NCBI GenBank assembly: GCA_039794845.1
Contig: JAUQVK010000091.1
Location: 1-57,246 of the forward strand
Reading direction: 5' to 3'
DNA length: 57,246 nucleotides
From: Thermostichus sp. DRC_bins_24
Lineage (GTDB): Bacteria; Cyanobacteriota; Cyanobacteriia; Thermostichales; Thermostichaceae
Shown: positions 52,792 through 57,246 of the stretch, in pieces
Position numbering within the stretch: the stretch's first letter is position 1
How the letters are laid out: every line of letters begins with the position of its first letter
Notes under the pieces: model-generated
Database searches by the model: none
What the model saw: the letters and a program-made list of their open reading frames with translations, nothing else
What the model was told of the DNA's origin: nothing
Made by a program: the position numbers and the translations under genes

Positions 52792-54741
52792 ATGGTTTTG
52801 CACGAGGCGGCTGACACGCCCCGCATCAATGCGCGCGAATTCGATGCCTTCGACATTTTTAACCTGAAGCACTATCTCGGCCCCAACCCCTATTTGAATA
52901 CTGCTGCTTTCACTTTCGACCTCGCCCTTACCCAATTCCTGAAGCCACTACCCGTTGAGGCCTATCTGGCCCAAATTGGCTTACGCCTGCCGCAGTTGCA
53001 GGAGGACTCTTATCTGTCTTACGCCCATCTGTTTGCTCGAGTGGTGGCAGAAGTCAACCAGTTGCAGATGGGCCTGCACTTGCAGCAGTGGAGCCTTCGC
53101 CTTTTTCCCGAATACGTGCGCATTGCAGTACAAACGTTGCATGGCCGTACCACCCGTGCGGTGGTTTACTTCGTCTGGGATTGGCTAGAAGCAATTACCC
53201 AAGGGCAGACGTTTGATTTTGATGGGGAACTGCGTCGCCTGCAGCAGTTGTTTCGGGAATCGGTGTATGGGGGGCCGACGGTGTATGCCCTACTGCGAGC
53301 CGCCTACGAACGTCGGATCCCAACCTACTACCTGTGGGATGAGGGCCTGATGCAGTACGGCTACGGGCGCAACCAAGTGCGGGGAGTGGCGACCACCTTT
53401 CACTGTGACAGCAATCTCGATTCCGCCTTCACTACCCGCAAGGACGATTGCAAAGCTTTTTTGGCGGCTCAGGGCTTTCCCGTGCCGCAGGGGGAAGTGG
53501 TGACCTCCTTGGCCGCAGCTTTGGAACAAGCCCAAGAGATAGGCTATCCGGTGGTGCTCAAGCCGGTGGCTGGCCACAAAGGCCTTGGGGTCACTGCCCA
53601 CATTCAAACCCCAGAAGAGTTGAAGTTTGCTTACGATGAGGCCGTAGATGCTATCCCCTATGAGCAGCCGATTCAGCTCATTTTGGAGAAGCATTTGCAG
53701 GGCACAGATTTTCGTCTGTTGTGTGTGGGAGGGCGCTTTGTGGCTGCAACAGAACGGCGCCCAGCCTCGGTGACTGGAGATGGCCAGAGCACCATTGGGC
53801 AGCTCATTCAGCAGGCTAACCGGGATCCCGCCCGTTGGGATACGCCCACGTCCCCGCTGGGGCCGATTCTGTGGGATGAGGCGATGGAGCACTGCTTGGC
53901 CGAGCAGGGTCTAACAGCGGAGAGTGTAATCGAGTCGGGGCGGACGGTGTACCTGCGCAAGGTGTCGAACCTCTCGGCGGGGGGGGTCAGCCGCGATGTC
54001 ACTGCCACGGTTCATCCCGATAACATTGTTTTGGCCCAAACCATTGCCCAGCAGTTTTCCCTAGTGTGTATGGGTATCGATGTGATCGCCACCAGCCTGG
54101 AGCGCTCCTGGAAAGAGGGATCCCTAGGCATTATCGAGATCAATGCAGCGCCGGGGGTACTGATGCACCAGAAGCCGGCCATCGGTGAGGGGGTGGATGT
54201 GCCGGGAGCAATCCTTGACCATTTGTTTCCCAAGACAGCTCGCATCCCAATTTTTACCTTCAATCGTCTGACCTTGAGTGAGATCCACACCCTGGTGGAG
54301 CACATTCTGTCCCACCGTCCCAAGGGGTATGTGGGATGTGTTTGTCGGGAGGGGGTGCTGTTGAACCACAGCGTTAGGCCTCTACAACCCAGTCTGTTTC
54401 GCCAGGTGAAAACGCTGCTTCGCCATCCCCAACTGGATCTACTCTTGGTGGAGATGGATGAGGAAACCCTGGAGCAGGAGGGCTTGGCTTACGAGGGTAG
54501 CGACTTGGTGGTGTTGCGGGATCCCACGGAGAAAGAACTGCAAACGCTGCAACGGGATCTCAACCCCGGCGGTACCCTGCTCCTGCAGCAGGGCTCCACA
54601 ATCACCTTGACGGTGGCGGGGCAGGTGGAATGCTTTAATCTGCCGGAGTCAGACCCTCAGCCGGGGCTCCTACTGCAATCGATAACCCTACGGGTGGTGC
54701 GCAGGATCATGAGCCAACTGCTGCGGGCTTGGCCGGAGTGA
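52792..54741 (+). CDS. cphA2: Cyanophycin synthetase 2 (CphA2, beta-Asp-Arg polymerase; ATP-grasp)
   Basis: RINAR..FDIFN..YLGPNPYL, SVYGGPT, LMQYGYG, KPVAGHKGLGVT, NLSAGG, IIEINAAPG; about 650 aa and lacks a full Mur-like domain. Confidence 0.85.
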   Translation: MVLHEAADTPRINAREFDAFDIFNLKHYLGPNPYLNTAAFTFDLALTQFLKPLPVEAYLAQIGLRLPQLQEDSYLSYAHLFARVVAEVNQLQMGLHLQQWSLRLFPEYVRIAVQTLHGRTTRAVVYFVWDWLEAITQGQTFDFDGELRRLQQLFRESVYGGPTVYALLRAAYERRIPTYYLWDEGLMQYGYGRNQVRGVATTFHCDSNLDSAFTTRKDDCKAFLAAQGFPVPQGEVVTSLAAALEQAQEIGYPVVLKPVAGHKGLGVTAHIQTPEELKFAYDEAVDAIPYEQPIQLILEKHLQGTDFRLLCVGGRFVAATERRPASVTGDGQSTIGQLIQQANRDPARWDTPTSPLGPILWDEAMEHCLAEQGLTAESVIESGRTVYLRKVSNLSAGGVSRDVTATVHPDNIVLAQTIAQQFSLVCMGIDVIATSLERSWKEGSLGIIEINAAPGVLMHQKPAIGEGVDVPGAILDHLFPKTARIPIFTFNRLTLSEIHTLVEHILSHRPKGYVGCVCREGVLLNHSVRPLQPSLFRQVKTLLRHPQLDLLLVEMDEETLEQEGLAYEGSDLVVLRDPTEKELQTLQRDLNPGGTLLLQQGSTITLTVAGQVECFNLPESDPQPGLLLQSITLRVVRRIMSQLLRAWPE

Positions 54742-54915
54742 GAGAGTTTGGATTTTTTTCAGGTTCTGGCGAAAGGCAGACCCACAGAGGGATCCTTTGT
54801 CGGGAGGAAGGGCCGGCTCGCAGGTCAACTCTACACCTATCGAAAAGAAACGTTATCATAGAGGTCTACCGGACAGCCCTCTTGGTAGCTCTGTAAACTC
54901 TACGAGGCAGATCGG

Positions 54916-55053
54916 ATGGATTGGGTGGAAAAAGTTCTGGAAAAGATCCGGGAGTGGGTGGAACGTGTGATCGACACCCTGTTGGGGGATCCTAAGCCAC
55001 AGCCCCAGCCCATTCCAATTCCGGTAGAAGATGGATCCCATCGTCGTCGCTGA
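54916..55053 (+). CDS. Small conserved-type cyanobacterial protein (45 aa)
   Basis: Hand translation [52 protein letters not shown] upstream. Confidence 0.7.
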   Translation: MDWVEKVLEKIREWVERVIDTLLGDPKPQPQPIPIPVEDGSHRRR

Positions 55054-55528
55054 TCCGACTGCTATTGCCCCCGGTCTCAATACCCTCAGCCTTTTGGTAT
55101 TGCACGGCCCCAACCTCAATTTGCTCGGGGTGCGGGAGGTAGGTATTTACGGATCCCTGTCCCTAGAGCAGATCGATCAAGCTCTGCACCAGCAGGCTCA
55201 GGCCCTGAAGGCAAAACTCGACATTCTGCAGTCCAACCATGAAGGGGTGCTGATCGATGCCATTCACCGCGCCCGTCAGCAACACGCGGGGATCCTGATC
55301 AATCCCGGTGCGTATACCCACACCAGCATCGCCCTGCGAGATGCCATCGCTGCCGTTGGGTTGCCGACGGTGGAAGTGCATTTGAGTAACATTCACCGCC
55401 GTGAGTCCTTCCGCCAACACTCTTACATTGCCGCAGTCGCCGTTGGGCAAATCAGTGGCTTTGGGGCGCAGAGCTACCTGTTGGGGTTACAAGCGCTGGT
55501 ACAACACCTGCGTCTGCAAACTTCTTAG
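55031..55528 (+). CDS. aroQ: Type II 3-dehydroquinate dehydratase
   Basis: [37 protein letters not shown]. Confidence 0.96.
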   Translation: MDPIVVADPTAIAPGLNTLSLLVLHGPNLNLLGVREVGIYGSLSLEQIDQALHQQAQALKAKLDILQSNHEGVLIDAIHRARQQHAGILINPGAYTHTSIALRDAIAAVGLPTVEVHLSNIHRRESFRQHSYIAAVAVGQISGFGAQSYLLGLQALVQHLRLQTS

Positions 55529-55561
55529 CTCGATCCCGCCCAGACTGGGGTAGCATCTTGA

Positions 55562-56056
55562 GTGGCTGTTGTTCCCCCAATCGGTTGTCCTATGGGATCC
55601 CACTCCTTCAACTCCTGTAAAGTATTGCTCCTGTTGACGGGCCTTTTCTGGGGTTTGGGATCCCCTCTCGCCTGGGGACAAACTGCTACCGCTGATACCT
55701 TTCAGCCAGGGTTCTTTCAGCCGGTGGCCCGCTTTGATCCCAGTCGCCCGGTGCAAGTGGTGATCATCAACCGTTCCGATGCCACCCTAGAATACGGCAT
55801 CACTACCGATCTCGGCCCTGATCAAGAGCTGCTCCCCAACGAACAAGTCACCCTGACCCTGTCAGAGTTGCCGGCCTACCTTTCCATTCACACTCCCAAC
55901 CGCCCACCTTTTTCTGAGATCGGCCTGCGCTACGTGGTTTCGGCAGATGCGGCGCAAAATCGCGTCACGGTGAATGTGGCGGTGAACCTATTGCAAGAAG
56001 GAGGGGGAGATCGCGCCCTCGATTTCAACCCAGAAGGGGGTATTTACATCTACTAG
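55562..56056 (+). CDS. Hypothetical secreted protein
   Basis: Signal peptide (LLLLTGLFWGLGSPLAWG) followed by a beta-rich domain; true start may be the ATG at 55592. Confidence 0.7.
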   Translation: MAVVPPIGCPMGSHSFNSCKVLLLLTGLFWGLGSPLAWGQTATADTFQPGFFQPVARFDPSRPVQVVIINRSDATLEYGITTDLGPDQELLPNEQVTLTLSELPAYLSIHTPNRPPFSEIGLRYVVSADAAQNRVTVNVAVNLLQEGGGDRALDFNPEGGIYIY

Positions 56057-56081
56057 ATGACGGTTTAATGACAGTTGGGTC

Positions 56082-56107
56082 AGGATCCCTGTAGATACAG
56101 GGATCCT
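56082..56107 (+). terminator. Hairpin, probable terminator
   Basis: AGGATCCCTGT-AGAT-ACAGGGATCCT forms a perfect 11-bp stem; no strong U-tract. Confidence 0.5.
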
Positions 56108-56127
56108 AATTCCCTTCAATCCACTGC

Positions 56128-56234
56128 TATAGCAATCCGAATTGATTCATGCAGGTATGAAGGTCATCAGGCCCGTTCAGAGGGGGCGCCTGTGCTACAA
56201 GCTAAGCTTTCACGATTCACGTAGGGCTGCTATA
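56128..56234. mobile_element. MITE-like element (~107 bp, TA-ended imperfect terminal inverted repeats)
   Basis: Left end TATAGCAATCCGAATTGATTCATG versus reverse-complemented right end TATAGCAGCCCTACGTGAATCGTG: 17 of 24 identical. Confidence 0.6.
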
Positions 56235-56434
56235 GCTGCCATCAGCCCTAAACTGAGTCTGGGATAGGAAATCACATAACCTTCACCTGCAATCCATAGA
56301 CTTCTATCTATTGCTTATTCTAGATAAGGGAGTGGATTGCTTCGTCTAGAACCTTGAAAGAAATTCAGCTATTTTGCCGATAAGTCGTTCAACAGCAATC
56401 AGTTAAAATACGAGAACCTTGACTGAGATAAACA

Positions 56435-57246
56435 ATGATCTGGAAAAGTAGCTTCAAGATAATAAGCAGATCTGCTTACCAAGGAATCAAGCTTGCGAAC
56501 ACCATCAGTCATACAGCGAAAGTTACTCGGTCTATTGGAGAAGTATTCTCTGATTCGGTGTCTGGAGGATTTGATGAGCCTACTTTACAGTCTATTCAAC
56601 CCAAGATAGATCAAGATGAAGCTCTAATATTTATTAATGGTTTTCTAACTGAAAATGAAACAAAGCCTCAGGATAACCACCCATTTTGGAGAGCCATAAG
56701 AAATGCAGGTTGGAGAGGATCACTATACCATCTTTGGTGGGATGCTTCTAATCCTATAAGTTTTGTTATGTCAGCAGCTCAACTAGGAGTTGGATTACTT
56801 CTGCATTGGGAAGCGCATGAGAACAAAGCAAAGACGGTTGGATTGAGATATGCCTATCCAATATTATCAGCACTGCCTGAGAAAAAGATAACAATAATTG
56901 GATTTTCCTTAGGTGCAAGGATTGCTTACTACACAATGCGGGCTTGGCCTCACGATGATAAACGACTTAAGGATATTGTACTTTTAGGTGGTGCCGTCAG
57001 GAGGGGAGCAAGTAAGAACTGGGGTGAACATGTAGAAAAGCTAAGTGGAAAATTAGTCAATATCTATAATGAAGAAGATCTAGTGCTTGCCTTTCTTTTT
57101 AGGGCCGTCTCCTTGAATAGGAGTCCATGTGGAATTAAGCCGATAAAGGAGTTTAACCCAGAGATTGAAAATCTTAATGCGACACATTTGATTATCTCAT
57201 TAGATCATAGTTACACGTCATATCTCCCACACTTGCAAAGATTGCT
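56435..57246 (+). CDS. Alpha/beta hydrolase, DUF726-like; AT-rich; runs off the window
   Basis: Hand translation open for 270 codons: IFINGFL, LWWDAS, IIGFSLGAR (GxSxG), IVLLGGA, NIYNEEDLVL, DHSY. Confidence 0.8.
   Translation, partial: MIWKSSFKIISRSAYQGIKLANTISHTAKVTRSIGEVFSDSVSGGFDEPTLQSIQPKIDQDEALIFINGFLTENETKPQDNHPFWRAIRNAGWRGSLYHLWWDASNPISFVMSAAQLGVGLLLHWEAHENKAKTVGLRYAYPILSALPEKKITIIGFSLGARIAYYTMRAWPHDDKRLKDIVLLGGAVRRGASKNWGEHVEKLSGKLVNIYNEEDLVLAFLFRAVSLNRSPCGIKPIKEFNPEIENLNATHLIISLDHSYTSYLPHLQRL

Overview
Chromosomal window of a GC-rich thermophilic unicellular cyanobacterium, most likely Thermostichus (the Yellowstone-type 'Synechococcus' lineage). This assignment is inferred from the photosystem genes and the very frequent GGGATCCC palindrome, the HIP1 variant known from that lineage. 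Most of the window is core genome: psaL-psaI, psbEFLJ, leuS, a pyrF-pyrE fusion, tldD, the rpsL-rpsG-fusA-tuf-rpsJ operon, dapB, argF, ctpA, proA, recJ, murC-murB, a devBCA-type exporter, fcl, thiC with a TPP riboswitch, tRNA-Glu, cphA2 and aroQ. The most unusual part is a 7-gene accessory cluster at about 44.3-51.1 kb, transcribed divergently from thiC. It encodes a SnoaL-like protein, a PhyH-type 2OG-Fe(II) dioxygenase, an NMT1/THI5-type ABC importer and a two-subunit Rieske ring-hydroxylating oxygenase, with no ferredoxin or reductase gene, and it is fused onto a decayed avtA. Other accessory traces are an internally deleted IS200/IS605 tnpB remnant that keeps its right end, an integrase relic behind tRNA-Glu, a MITE followed by an AT-rich DUF726-like gene at the right edge, several small ORFs missed by the ORF track, and candidate structured RNAs. 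All family assignments come from reading motifs by eye; no database searches were run.
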